From Octopus sinensis (taxonomy: Eukaryota): DNA of 64,000 bases. The notes under the pieces are model-generated. The model was not told the origin of the DNA. It made no database searches and worked only from the letters and a program-made list of their open reading frames with translations. The stretch spans positions 16,802,001-16,866,000 of the forward strand of contig NC_043022.1 in the NCBI RefSeq assembly GCF_006345805.1. Reading direction: 5' to 3'. This document shows, in pieces, positions 1-11,185 of this stretch (position 1 is its first letter; the number at the start of each line of letters is the position of its first letter). The position numbers and the translations under genes are program-made.

Positions 1-171
1 TGGGCTTGCTGATTACATCAACCCCAGTGCTCGATTGGTACTCATTTTATCCACCCTCAAAAGGATGAAAGGCAATGTTGGCCTCAACAGAATTTGATCT
101 CAGAACATACAGATGGATAAAATGCTGCTGTTTGGCATTTTGCATGCTAACGGTTCTGCCACCTCATTGCC

Positions 172-227
<56 letters not shown>

Positions 228-596
228 TTCATATTTTTGGCAGAATGTGAATAATTTGGGATGGGGATTAAGTTATTTACATCATCCCCAATGCCCAACT
301 GGTACATATTTCATTGACTCTGAATGAATGAAAGATAAATTCTACTTCAGCAGAATTTGAACTCAGGATGTAAAACACAAAGAAATGCTCCTTAGCATTT
401 TGTCCGGCATCTTAATGATTCTGCCGCCAGCTCGTTGCCTTTAATAATTACTTCAAATTTTGACACAAGGCCAGTGGTTTTAGGGTAGCGGTTAAGTCGA
501 TTACACTAACCCCAGTACATGACTGGTACTTTATTCTATCAACCCCAAAAGAATGGCAGGCAAAGCTGACCTCAGCAGGATTTGAACTCAGAATGT
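1..596 (-). mobile_element. Three tandem copies of the short tRNA-derived SINE (core GTCGACTTTGCCTTTCATCC), with a (TAA)n tract between the first two
   Basis: Reverse complement of the consensus seen about 30 times in the window. Copies at ~1-173, ~228-441 and ~448-596. Confidence 0.85.
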
Positions 597-848
597 AATG
601 AGTTTGTAGAAATAATCATCACATTGGTATAAAGCCTTTGAAGAACTCCAGTTTAATGTCACAACCAGAGGCACATTGTGACACTGCATATTGAAATGTT
701 CATAAACTAGAGCCATAGTGTGTGTGTGGTGCTTTATTTATTGTGCTTCTTTGATACCAATATATGGACCCCTTTGATTCGTGTTTTACTCAGGTAGACC
801 CCCACCCATAGTCAGTCAGTGAATAAAAGATACTTTTGTAATTAAATA

Positions 849-989
849 TAAGGTTGTCCCAAAAGTTCGTAGAAAGTCTTGGAAAATAATGGTCTTTATT
901 TTGAGGAATAATTTTTGTTGTTTTTGTTAGTACTTGGCGAGTAAAAATTCAATTTTCGCAAGTGTTTACGAACTTTTGGGACAACCTAA
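849..989. mobile_element. Tc1/mariner-type MITE, 141 bp
   Basis: TIRs T(A/T)AGGTTGTCCCAAAAGTTCGTA at both ends; TA target duplication at 847-848 and 990-991. Confidence 0.85.
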
Positions 990-1488
990 TATTATTAGGA
1001 ATTATCATATAAAAAAATTATTAAAACCTTTAGTGTAGTGTAGAAGTGTATCCAATTTATCTCACATAAATTTAGTAACAAAATCTGAGGTAGGTAATGT
1101 AGATTCCAGTCAAGAAATACATTGCTTTTAATGTCATTAAATAACGATGTTTGTTAATTATAAGTGTTTTGTGTGTGTACCTCAGTATTTGAAATTCAGT
1201 GTCAATATCTAATTTTTAATGGTCAAACAGTGAGTGACCAAAACACAGGCTGACCCTTTAACAAGAAACACTGATTTGGTATATTTTTTTCTGAAATGAT
1301 CAGATTTTCAGCCCCATAAAACATTGTTGTTGATTAACTCTGATTTGCAACGACAGTTTGGCTCTCTCTCTCTCTGTCTCTCTCTCTCTCTCTTTTTTTT
1401 TTTACATCAACCAATTAATTTTTGGTACTTTCCACTATGGTAATTAAATGTCATTGTCCTAATTAGTCGCCGTTTCTTATTTCTGCAG

Positions 1489-1580
1489 AAGACCAACTCC
1501 GACTGATGGTCTTAGAACGTTTGGAACAATTGGAGAAACGACTGAATACATGTACCCAAAATGAAATCCCCAGTGAACAA
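1489..1580 (+). CDS. CAMTA: CAMTA internal exon, post-TIG helix: (E)DQLRLMVLERLEQLEKRLNTCTQNEIPSEQ
   Basis: TTTCTGCAG acceptor and CAA|GTAGGT donor; phase 1->0. The translation resembles the CAMTA1 QFRMSILERLEQMERRM motif (recalled from family knowledge). Not in the ORF track. Confidence 0.88.
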
Positions 1581-1609
1581 GTAGGTCTTTTACAGGTACC
1601 CTTCATCAT

Positions 1610-1810
1610 CATCATCATCATCATCATCACCACTTAATGTCTGTTTTTCCTTGCTGGCATGGGTTGGAGGATTAGCCAAGATCCAGGATCCAGTCAACCA
1701 CAGAGCTGCACCAAGCTCCAACGTCAGCCTTCGCCATGGTTTCTGTAACTGGATGCCCTTCCTAATGTCAACCACTTTACAGTGTGTGTAATGGGTGCCT
1801 TTTTTGGGGG
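1610..1810 (-). mobile_element. 3' part of a SINE ending ...CAACCCATGCCAGC...(GAT)n
   Basis: The same tail family recurs at ~5905-5990(-), 14010-14180(+), 14960-15170(+), 23100-23250(+) and 44400-44590(+). Confidence 0.7.
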
Positions 1811-2070
1811 GTCTCCTTATTAGAGTCAGTGACTTGTGAATTGTGGGTAGTCCACCCTTGACCTCCACCACTCTCAGAAATCATACAACATTCACAGGCA
1901 TAACCTTTTCCTCTTTGACTGAGCCACCGGGCAAAAAAAAAAAGCTAAAGTTTGGTTTGAACTGTTATAAGTTAGTATTTAGTGAAAAGGGGCTCCCAGA
2001 TGTAAAAGGATAAGGCTTGGGAAGAGGCAATAATGAGGGACTGGTGAGACCAAGGTATTAACAATGATTA

Positions 2071-2284
2071 TGATTTCGAATTTTAACACAAGGCCAGCAA
2101 TCTTGGAGGAGCACATATGTTGGTTAATTCAACCCCTGTATTTAACTGGTACTTAATTTATCGACCCTGAACAGATGAAAGGCGAAGCTGACCTCAGTGG
2201 AATTTGAACTCAGAACGTAAAGACAGATGAAATGGCCCTAAGTATTTTGCCACTGTTCTAGCAATTATGCCAGTTCGCTGCCTC
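2071..2284 (-). mobile_element. Short SINE, near full length
   Basis: Matches the reverse complement of the window consensus, including GATGAAAGGCGAAGCTGACC and GAATTTGAACTCAGAAC. Confidence 0.85.
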
Positions 2285-3159
2285 GAAGTATTATTATAAT
2301 ACAATTCTGAGTTATTACATTAATGACTGCAAGTTGAAGTTTATCAATCAGATGCGTTCCAGGAATATTGACGAAGCTACATTATTAAGTTGGTTGATTG
2401 TGTTGTAACAGTAGCTTTTATAGCTGTACATTAGTAAAGTTATGTGGCCACTGTCTGCAGTTTTAATTGAATTATTTATTAAAGAGAAGAGAATAATCCA
2501 CTTTAAGAATGTGTTCTACCGTTTCTCAATGAAGTTGGATTTTAATCTGTGAGAAAGCATCAGAAAATCGTTAGTCGTTGCTGAGATGGACCATAATTAC
2601 CAATTCATTGTATAACAGGAATCTAATTGATTTTTCCCTATGTAAAACCTTCTTATAGAAATGATGTACCAACCTTTTTCTCTCAAACAGTTTCGAGGGA
2701 GAAGGCAACAATTGTTCTGTTTCCCTCTTCCATTTCTTCTTCTTAAAACTTTTCTTTAATCTCATTCTTAAGGAGATTATGCATCTAAGTTTCCTTTCAG
2801 GAGGGACTTTATGAGAAATGGTATTGTGAAGTTATCTCTTATGAAGTTTTTCGATGCAAACTTCACCAATATTTTCTCTCCAGTGGAAATGGCTGTGTTT
2901 CCTGAAACAAAGGTAGTTCTTTGAACTTCTCCTTGCTGCGCTGCCTTCAGAGAGAGATTATTGATCAGATAAACATTAAATAATTAAAACCAACTTTTGT
3001 TTTCAAAGGAAGGATCATAACCTTTAATAAGCAATTCACTTCTGAAATTTAATTTTAACTCTAATTATTGCTCCTAATTAACTCTCATTTGTGTATCTGG
3101 TTAATTATCATTTGTGTCTTTAATGTCTGCAGGAAATAATTTTTTGTTTTTCATTTCAG

Positions 3160-3344
3160 CCACAGAATTCTCAACAAAGCAATGACTTTGAATGGCGCCT
3201 GGTACAGCATATAATGACATTGTCCCGACTGCCCTGGGCCAATAACGATGTCTTCCCCAAGGCCGGCCCTGGGGGTATGACTTTGTTGCATCTAGCTGGA
3301 GCACTTGGCTATGCTGAAGTTATTAGAAGCCTTATCCATTGGAG
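3160..3344 (+). CDS. CAMTA: CAMTA exon, first ankyrin repeat: PQNSQQSNDFEWRLV...GMTLLHLAGALGYAEVIRSLIHW(R)
   Basis: TTTCAG acceptor and AG|GTAATA donor; phase 0->2. GMTLLHLAxxxGY is the CAMTA ankyrin signature. Confidence 0.95.
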
Positions 3345-4689
3345 GTAATAATATTCAAATATTGACCTATTACAATAAAGAACAGTGAAATTTGTTTGAG
3401 AGTTTTAATTAAAAGACAATATTTCTATCATAAACGAAAATGTTGTCATTACTAAGAAAAGCAAAGAATGAGACAGTTGAAAGCTTCTTGTTCTTGGACT
3501 GAGAATGGTAGGAGTCAATGCCGGGAGTTTCTTGGTGTTAGCTGGTCACTCCGTGTTGCTGCTTCCACTGTCCATTGTTTTTGTGTTGTGACAGCTCTCT
3601 GTCCTGCTGCTGGTTCTGCTACTGGCTGCTATTTCTGTGTCTGGTCTAATGCCTGCCACCTGCCCATAATGGCTAAAATGCACCGAATGCACAGGGATGA
3701 TCTTTATCAGGAAAAGTGCACCAAATATGAAACTATTGTTATATCCAGTTCCACAGAAAGCCTTGAATGGTCAGGTTTTTTTATGACTTTAGTAATATTC
3801 CAGCAAACTGCCTTCATATTCTTGAGTTGCTTTTTTGCATTGACTCCAGTGAGTTGGGTTTGAATTCCAAGTTTAGCAATCGTTAAACATTCCTGCAACA
3901 AACTCGTTATTCCTTTCCCTTCGACCTTCACATCCAAACGGCACAATATTACCTGTTCCTACCTTTAATACTTCCAGTCTGTTAATCCTGTCAATTCTTT
4001 ATATATAGCTCTGCTACAGATTAACATAATTGCTACAAGTAACATTTCTCTCTGTAAATCCGTTTCTCAGTTCTTACTCCGTTCTCACACACACTGACAC
4101 AGCTGCTCCAACTATTTGTGTCTGTAAATCCTGTTCTTAGTTCTTACACAGTTCTGATACAACTTAATGTAGCAGCTACCAAAGAAGAAAAAAACATTTT
4201 TTTCTCTGTAAATCTTGTTGCCAGTGAGCTATTTCAAGTCCACAGCTTCAGGCAAATATCATATTTTAGCCATTATGTAATGTAGCAGCATCACTAATAC
4301 CAACCTCACTCAGCTTTACTAAATTTCCCTCTCTCGAACTGTGTGAACAAGATATGGTACACAGCCTTTTTTTTTTTTTATTTGTTGCAGATGAATAAAT
4401 TTCTCTTGACTGTGACTAATCAGGTTGGAAACCTAATACACACACACATTTTCTGGTACACATAGACATATTCATGTACATTCTGTATCCTCGTAGATAC
4501 ACACACAATCGTACACATCTTTGTTATTTTCTCTGTTAATAATTGAATCCATGTGGCTGATCAAGACACCATCTTAGTTAACTCATCTCCATCTTGGTTA
4601 TTTCTGTTGAATATACCAACAGACAAGCAGACATATGGGGCTTCTTTTGTTTAGAATCCTCGTATGGTGGATAAACTTCTTTCATACAG

Positions 4690-4830
4690 ATGCAGGCGTG
4701 GCTGTGTGGTTAAAAAACTTGCTTACCAGCCATATGGTTTGGGGTTCAGTCCCACTGTACTGTACCTTGAGCAAGTGTCTCATCTCAGCTCTGATCAGTC
4801 AAACCAGAGCTGGAAGGAGACCAAACACCA
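4690..4830 (+). mobile_element. 5' part of a long SINE with a CORE-like CACCTTGGGCAAGTG segment
   Basis: tRNA-like head GGCGTGGCTGTGTGGTT...GGTTCAGTCCCA. Further copies at ~9065-9310(+), 11620-11810(+), 14705-14900(+), 21350-21655(-), 22650-22810(+), 23460-23835(-), 43920-44100(+) and 56030-56150(+). Confidence 0.75.
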
Positions 4831-5423
4831 GCCTAACCTCCATCCATTTCCTTGAACCCACTTTCATAGCAGTCCTCAAATAATGATGTGGACATCCATT
4901 CTACACACTCACATATGAACACAGCCTTTTTCGCTGTTGGATTTTATCTTGGAGGCTGGCTTCTCCTTTGAGATGATGGACGTAAATACCTCGTTCACCC
5001 CAAAAGACCTCAGCCGACAATCAGACAACTAAGAATACCTGTAATTCCCCCTGGTTGGAGTTTGTCAGAGGGGAATGTAATTAAGTCATATGTGATAAGA
5101 AATTTAACAGGCGTTTACTAATTAACCTGTTGTTGTTGTTCAGCCCTAATTCAACCTCCATTAAAACCTTTCCATCTATGACCGTCCTGTCTGTCTTCTG
5201 AGGGATTCTTAGAATTAAACTAATCTGTCCTTCTGTTATTTATGACTGTAACGTGTAATTTGAGGGGAATTTAGTTTTTCTAGCAGGATGTAAGACCCTA
5301 CAGGGGCTCTCTTCTTGATTCATGCTGCTGTTATTATTTATAGTGTGAGAGGCAGGATTGACAGCTGTTGTGGTGGTCACTGATTATTTAAATTAATAAA
5401 TGCTGTTTTGTTGTTTCTTTCAG

Positions 5424-5499
5424 ATCAGAGAATCCCAGCCTTGTGCTAGAATACGAAGTAGATGCCCACAATGTCGATGATTATTCTTGTACGCCACTG
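5424..5499 (+). CDS. CAMTA: CAMTA exon, ankyrin region: SENPSLVLEYEVDAHNVDDYSCTPL
   Basis: Polypyrimidine-CAG acceptor and CTG|GTAAGT donor; phase 2->0. Matches CAMTA LELEVDPLNVDHFSCTPL. Confidence 0.95.
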
Positions 5500-5550
5500 G
5501 TAAGTAGATGCCCACAATGTCGATGATTATTCTTGTACGCCACTGGTAAG
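5456..5550 (+). repeat. Exact 46-bp tandem duplication spanning the exon 3' end and its splice donor
   Basis: AAGTAGATGCCCACAATGTCGATGATTATTCTTGTACGCCACTGGT occurs at 5456-5501 and 5502-5547, followed by AAG. Confidence 0.95.
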
Positions 5551-5789
5551 AATAGGTCTCCTCCATCTATGTGTATACATCTCACTCACCAAAGCTTGGG
5601 CTGCTGTGCCAGAGTTTTGGCACCTGCATTGGTGGATGGCTCCAGGTGGCTCTGGTGTCACAGTGGGAAAGAAACCAAAACACCTGCAGGGATTCCTACA
5701 CTCCCTGCTGTGACATCAACTCTTGCATTCAGAGACAGAGTACAGCAACACTCTCAGAACACAAGGGCTTACCCAAACACATGCACACA

Positions 5790-5831
<42 letters not shown>

Positions 5832-6743
5832 TCACACACACACACACTCACACGCACACATTCATAAAAATTGTTTTTAGATGTATTTGTTTATTTCCCG
5901 TGGTGGCAGGGATTGCATGAGTCTTTTTAAGCTGGTATTCTACGGCTGAATGCTCTTCCTGTCGCCAACCCTCACCCACTCCTCACCTAAGATATTTTCA
6001 TTCAACCAGTTGTCTCATGTCCAAACTGCCCCAGCCACTGGAGATGTGAAGCTGACATCTCCATTACTTGAATGATGTCATACAAAGACTTGTGGAAACA
6101 AGCAATCACACATACAGGCATACAGGCATACTTACAAACATACATACATGCATACAGAGATGCATACATAGATACATGCACACACACACACACACACACA
6201 CACATACATACACAGGACATACATACATCTTTGCTTTCTCGAATACGAGCAAAGCCATGGCCAGACAGAATCCCTGAAATGAGTCATTGTTGATGCCATG
6301 TGAGGCCCTTGTATGACTCTTGACCCCCTGGCCAAAGATTTGCACATTCTGTTGCATAATGCACAGCTGTGCTGGCTGGCAGAGGGAACCAGTGCCACAG
6401 TATGAACCCCTTTGACATGCCTTTTCGATCCCCCAAATGAAAGGCACACCTTTAATACAGGTTGCACATGTTCTGCTGCCCACACACACACACACTTTTC
6501 TATACAGGCATACTAATGATGGACTCCTATGCAGTTACCATCTGCCCTTTTTTTTTTTTTTTACTTCCTCAGAAATGCTAAAAAAGGTAACAGTAAATAT
6601 CACGATTTTTAATTTAGTTAATTAGACACCCTCCGTCTGTTGTATCTTTTGTCTTGTCATCACTGAAACCCTTGTCATCATAATGGTGATCGTCATCATT
6701 CTCCCTTCTGATCCTCTCTCTTTGTTTGTCCTGTGCATTTCAG

Positions 6744-7241
6744 ATGTGGGCTTGTGCAAAAGGTTACACAGAAGCTGCTCAGACACTTTATCATTGGAAC
6801 AGAGGCCCGTTGAAGGTCTGCAACAAGGATGGGATACTACCCTTGACAGCAGCCCGGCATCATGGCCACCACAACCTGGCCAACTGCATTGAGTTGTTAG
6901 AGCAGACCCACAACAACCAGAAGGCACTCACTCCTCGTACTACAATTAGTGTGCCTGACACGGTGGAACCTTCTGGTGGCAGTGGTGAAGTTTCAAGTAC
7001 CATTAGTGATACATTCCTTGCCCCTGACAACGTAAATACGGTGTCAAGTTCAGGGGTGATTGCTTGTGAACAATCAAACACATTTCCTTCAGCAATTTCC
7101 ACAACCTCCGATGATTCCGGCAACGACAGCCTTTTCGCCGGGACATCTTCCCCTCCTTTGCCCCCTCCACCGCCGCCACCCCCTCCCCCGCCATACCCGG
7201 GCAACAGCAAGCTGGTGCGAAGGATGAGTGAACAGTGCTTG

Positions 7242-7288
<47 letters not shown>

Positions 7289-7689
7289 TAGTGGCAGCAG
7301 CGGTGGTGGTGGTGGTGGTAGTAGTGGTAGCAGAAGTAACAGTACGTCTCCCCAGCAGAAATCCAGCAAGCGTTACTCTGTTGACTTTGTGTCCCCCAAG
7401 CGAACCTCAGTCGAGCGGAATAACCTCCTCTCCGACACTTACCATAAACCGGTGCGGGAATCTATATCTGAACCACACCTGTCCAGTTTCTTCAAAACAG
7501 CACAACAACAACAACCCCTACTCTCTGCTTCCTCACAAGGAATGGATTCTTCCAACCAAATTCCGGACATGCTCATGCACACAGATACCTCCCTGGGGAC
7601 AGAACATCTGTCTTCAACTGACTCAATAATGATCAGAGGCCCTAGAAGACAGAGCTCTGACAACCATCTGCTGTTCTCCATGGATACAG
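6744..7689 (+). CDS. CAMTA: CAMTA 946-nt exon: end of ankyrin domain (MWACAKGYTEAAQTLYHWN...) plus Pro/Ser/Gly low-complexity linker
   Basis: TTTCAG|ATG acceptor and ACAG|GTATGG donor; phase 0->1. Lies within ORF 6726-7721. Continues TPL-MWACA of the ankyrin repeat. Confidence 0.95.
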
Positions 7690-7730
7690 GTATGGCTTTT
7701 GCAAATTTCTTATTTAACTGAATTACTTAA

Positions 7731-8392
7731 GTGAGCTGGCAGAATCGGTCGCATGCTGGCCGAGGCGCTTAGTGGTATTTTCTTTGTCAAGGCGGCAAGT
7801 TGGTAGAATCGTTAGCACGCCGGGCAAAATGCTTTGCGGTATTTCATCTGCCGCTACGTTCTGAGTTCAAATTCCGCCGAGGTCGACTTTGCCTTTCATC
7901 CTTTCAGGGTCGATTAAATAAGTACCAGTTACACACTGGGGTCGATGTAATCGACTTAATCCGTGTCTGTCCTTGTTTGTCCCCTCTGTGTTTAGCCCCT
8001 TGAGGGTAGTAAAGAAATAGGTATTTTCTTTGTCTTTACATTCTGAGTTCAAATCCAGCTGAGGTCGACTTTGCCTTTCATCCTTTAAGGGTCAGTAACA
8101 TAAGTACCAGTTGTGCACTGGGGTTGATGTAATCCACTTACCCCCTCCCCTGAAATTGCTGGCTTTGTGCCAAAATTTGAAGTCAATATAACTAAAAACA
8201 CAAAGGCAGCCAACTGGTGGAATCGGTTGCATGCTGGGTGAGATGTTTTGTGGCATTGCATCCATCTTTACATTCTGAGTTCAAATCCCTCTGAGGTTGA
8301 CCTTACCTTTCATCCTTTTGTGGTCAATGATGTAATTGACGTGCCCCCCCCCCGTAATTGCTGGCTTTGTGCCAAATCTTGAAACCAATATT
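7731..8392 (+). mobile_element. SINE cluster: host SINE (7731-8190) with a nested younger SINE (7789-8019), then a third copy (8203-8392)
   Basis: 15-bp TSD GGTATTTTCTTTGTC at 7774-7788 and 8020-8034. Confidence 0.9.
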
Positions 8393-10229
8393 GTTATTTA
8401 GGCCTGACCCTGGCCTTAGTCCAGCTGACTTCTTCATTAGAGATTTATTCCAGCCTTGACCATCCTGTCTTGTTCCTTACACACAGTGGTACTAGGATCA
8501 CATTATTGAATTCCAGGAGTTAAAATGACAAGGAGAGTTTAATCATGAGGTGGCGGGGTGGGTCCACCATATTCGTTAACCCCTGAATTTTAAACTGGAT
8601 GGTGGGACATCATAGAAACCAAGCATGAGTAACCTTTTTTCAGGAAGTGGGTGACAGAAAACATTGCGCATCATCAGATGGTCCAGACAGCTCTAAAAAT
8701 TCAAGGGAATTTCTTTTCCATTAGACGTGCAATTGAGGAAGCCCCATGGGCCTCAGTCTGCCCAGGACTGTTACGAACCCGCATGTTTTAAATTTGGTTT
8801 TAAAAGGTGTCATTAAAAACCTAACCTGCCATGGAGAACCTAAAACAGAATAAGGAGGGCAGGGTTCTTATGGTGCAGGTTGAGATAGTTTGTAGCCCTT
8901 TTGTGCCTCCTGCCCCGCTACTTTCCTTCCTGTTCATATTTAAATTGAAATCTTAATGAAAATCCTTGTTTCGACATAAATGCAATCAGGATTTTTCACT
9001 TCATCAGCATCACCACCATTATTAATATATTTTCTACTAACATGAAAATGATGCAAAAGGATTCAGTATATAGGTGCTGACATGGCTCTGTGGTAAGAAG
9101 CTTGCTTCCCAACTATGTGGTTCCAGGTTCAGCCCCACTGTGTGGTACCTTGTGCGACTAGCGTCATGGCCTGACCAAAGCCTTGTGAGTGGGTTTGGTG
9201 TATGTGTGTGTGTGTATGTATGTATGTGCGTGTGTGTCTCTTTATTCTGCACCACTGCTTGACAACAGGTGTAGGCATGTTTATGTCCCCGTAGCTTAGC
9301 AGTTATAAGCATCAAAAATATATTGACACTCAGTCTGCTAAAAATAGCAGCTAAATCTACCTCAGTTTTATTGACTTATGAAAAAGGACATTTCAGATAA
9401 TGTAGTCTCTTAAAAAAAGATTGGGTGGTCATGACCGAATTGTCTCTAATTATAGATTAAGTTAATCAGAACTAATTAAGGACTGACAACAACAATGACA
9501 ATCAAAATATTATGTTATGTACATTTTACTAACCTCCACTAACTAAAGTCTTAATTATAATGAAAAGTAATTAAAAGATTTAAATATAGTTGTAACTAAG
9601 TCCATCATCCTGAAAGTGTTAAATTGTCAATGAAGACAAAACAGGTGATATTTTATTCTGGGAATCTCTTGTTAAGTTGTCTGATAGAAAACAGTTGTCT
9701 GATATTAATCTTTTTATCTACTTATTTATTCGTTTGTTTGTTTATTTCTGTACTAATTAGCGATGGATACACATTATTTAGTTAACGATATAGCAACATC
9801 AATACTAATCATCGATTGGGAATAAATGAACTTTGGGTTTGTTGAATTATGTTTGTGACACATTTTAACTTCTAAAGGAAAAATTCACTGCAGTTACCAT
9901 GGAGATAAAATTCTCACTTATGGTAAAAAGGTGTAAAAACCCCATTTATGCCCAGTACTTCCCAGTATTGGATTCCCAGATGTGCATTTCTAACCCTTTG
10001 GCCTTCTTCCATGGGAAATACTGGAAAGAGATAACCCTGGCCAGATTCAAAGCCATAGTTTTAACTAAAAGTAAAAATTTGATATTTGATGAAGAATTCA
10101 CATTGGAATAAAACCTAAGGAATCCGTTTGTATTTGGTGCTAATTCGTTCCTTTTGAAGTTGTTCTTAATGTAAAAAAATCAACGAATATTTGCGGTTAC
10201 ATATTAATAGTAATTGTTTGTTTCTTCAG

Positions 10230-10581
10230 ATGAGCTATCATCCCATCAAGGGGAAAGTCCCCTTCTCGATGGGGATCGCATACCTTCCGATGACGAACTG
10301 AAAGTGCATGAGAAGCGAACAATTGTGGGCGAAGATGGCAGCGAAGAAGCAAAGAAACATATGGTCACTTTAGCACGTCAAATCATTGATGCTATGCCTG
10401 AACGTATAAAATCTTCCCCGAGCCGGGACGATTCTACTGCTGAAACAGAGCAAATATGTCGCGAGCGCAGCAGCTCTCATAGCTCCCTAGCCTCACAGAA
10501 CTCTCCAATCGCATCATCTTACGGGGAAGATTCTGGAATATCTACCCCACTTGGTGATGGTCTTTCATTTGAAGATTATCG
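10230..10581 (+). CDS. CAMTA: CAMTA exon containing HMVTLARQIIDAMPERIK
   Basis: TTCTTCAG acceptor and CG|GTAAGT donor; phase 1->2. Resembles the conserved MLTLAEHIIEATPDRIK motif. Confidence 0.9.
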
Positions 10582-10988
10582 GTAAGTCCCTTTCAACAAC
10601 GTTTCTTTCACTTTCGTTTCCATTTTCATGGTAAGGTGCTTCGTTGGTGGAATCATGGGAACATTTAATCCCTAACATCTTACTGGTATGTCACAAGACA
10701 TTCCACTGGTGGTGGGTTATAATAATACTAAGTCTTTCTATTACAGGCACAAGGCCTGAAATTTGGGGCTAGTTGATCACATTAACCCCAGTACACAACA
10801 GGTACTTATTTCATTGGTCTCTTGGGCATGGGCCTAAGGTCAAGAAATTCACTTTACAACCATGTCGTTTCAGGTTCAGTCCCACACTACAGAAGCCCAT
10901 TCTGTGGATACATACATTTATTACACACATGTGAGTGAGAACACTTTGAGATATTTTTGGTATCTAACATATGTCAGATACTGCGAGT

Positions 10989-11092
10989 GCTGCTTCTGAT
11001 TGGTCAATCCATGGTGATGACCCGAGGTCACAGTGACAGCGCTGCTTCTGATTGGTCAATCCATGGTGATGACTTGAGGTCACGGTGACGGC
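10989..11092 (+). repeat. Two copies of a 52-bp unit, each with an ATTGG (CCAAT) box and a GGTCAnnnTGAC(A/G) ERE-like palindrome
   Basis: Units start at 10989 and 11041. GGTCACAGTGACA at 11026-11038 and GGTCACGGTGACG at 11078-11090. Confidence 0.85.
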
Positions 11093-11185
11093 ACTACTTT
11101 TGTCATTCATAAGTTACAACTAAACGTGAAGAATTTAGTTATTGGGTTAATAAAATATGGTCGTTTATTCGTGTGTAATAAATAA

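Noticed and set aside
2500-2990. Minus ORF 2571-2765 and neighbouring coding-like sequence
   Set aside because: No recognisable motif; possibly a very old transposon relic, which I cannot support.
3468-4250. ORFs 3468-3863 and 3707-3946, and degenerate 70-85-bp repeats (TCTGTAAATC at 4051, 4121, 4205)
   Set aside because: No splice support or domain motif; likely a decayed retroelement, but the class is not assignable.
6860-7629. Alternative-frame and antisense ORFs (poly-Leu/Gly, poly-Ala/Val) over the large CAMTA exon
   Set aside because: By-products of the AGC, GGT and CCG tracts in the true frame.
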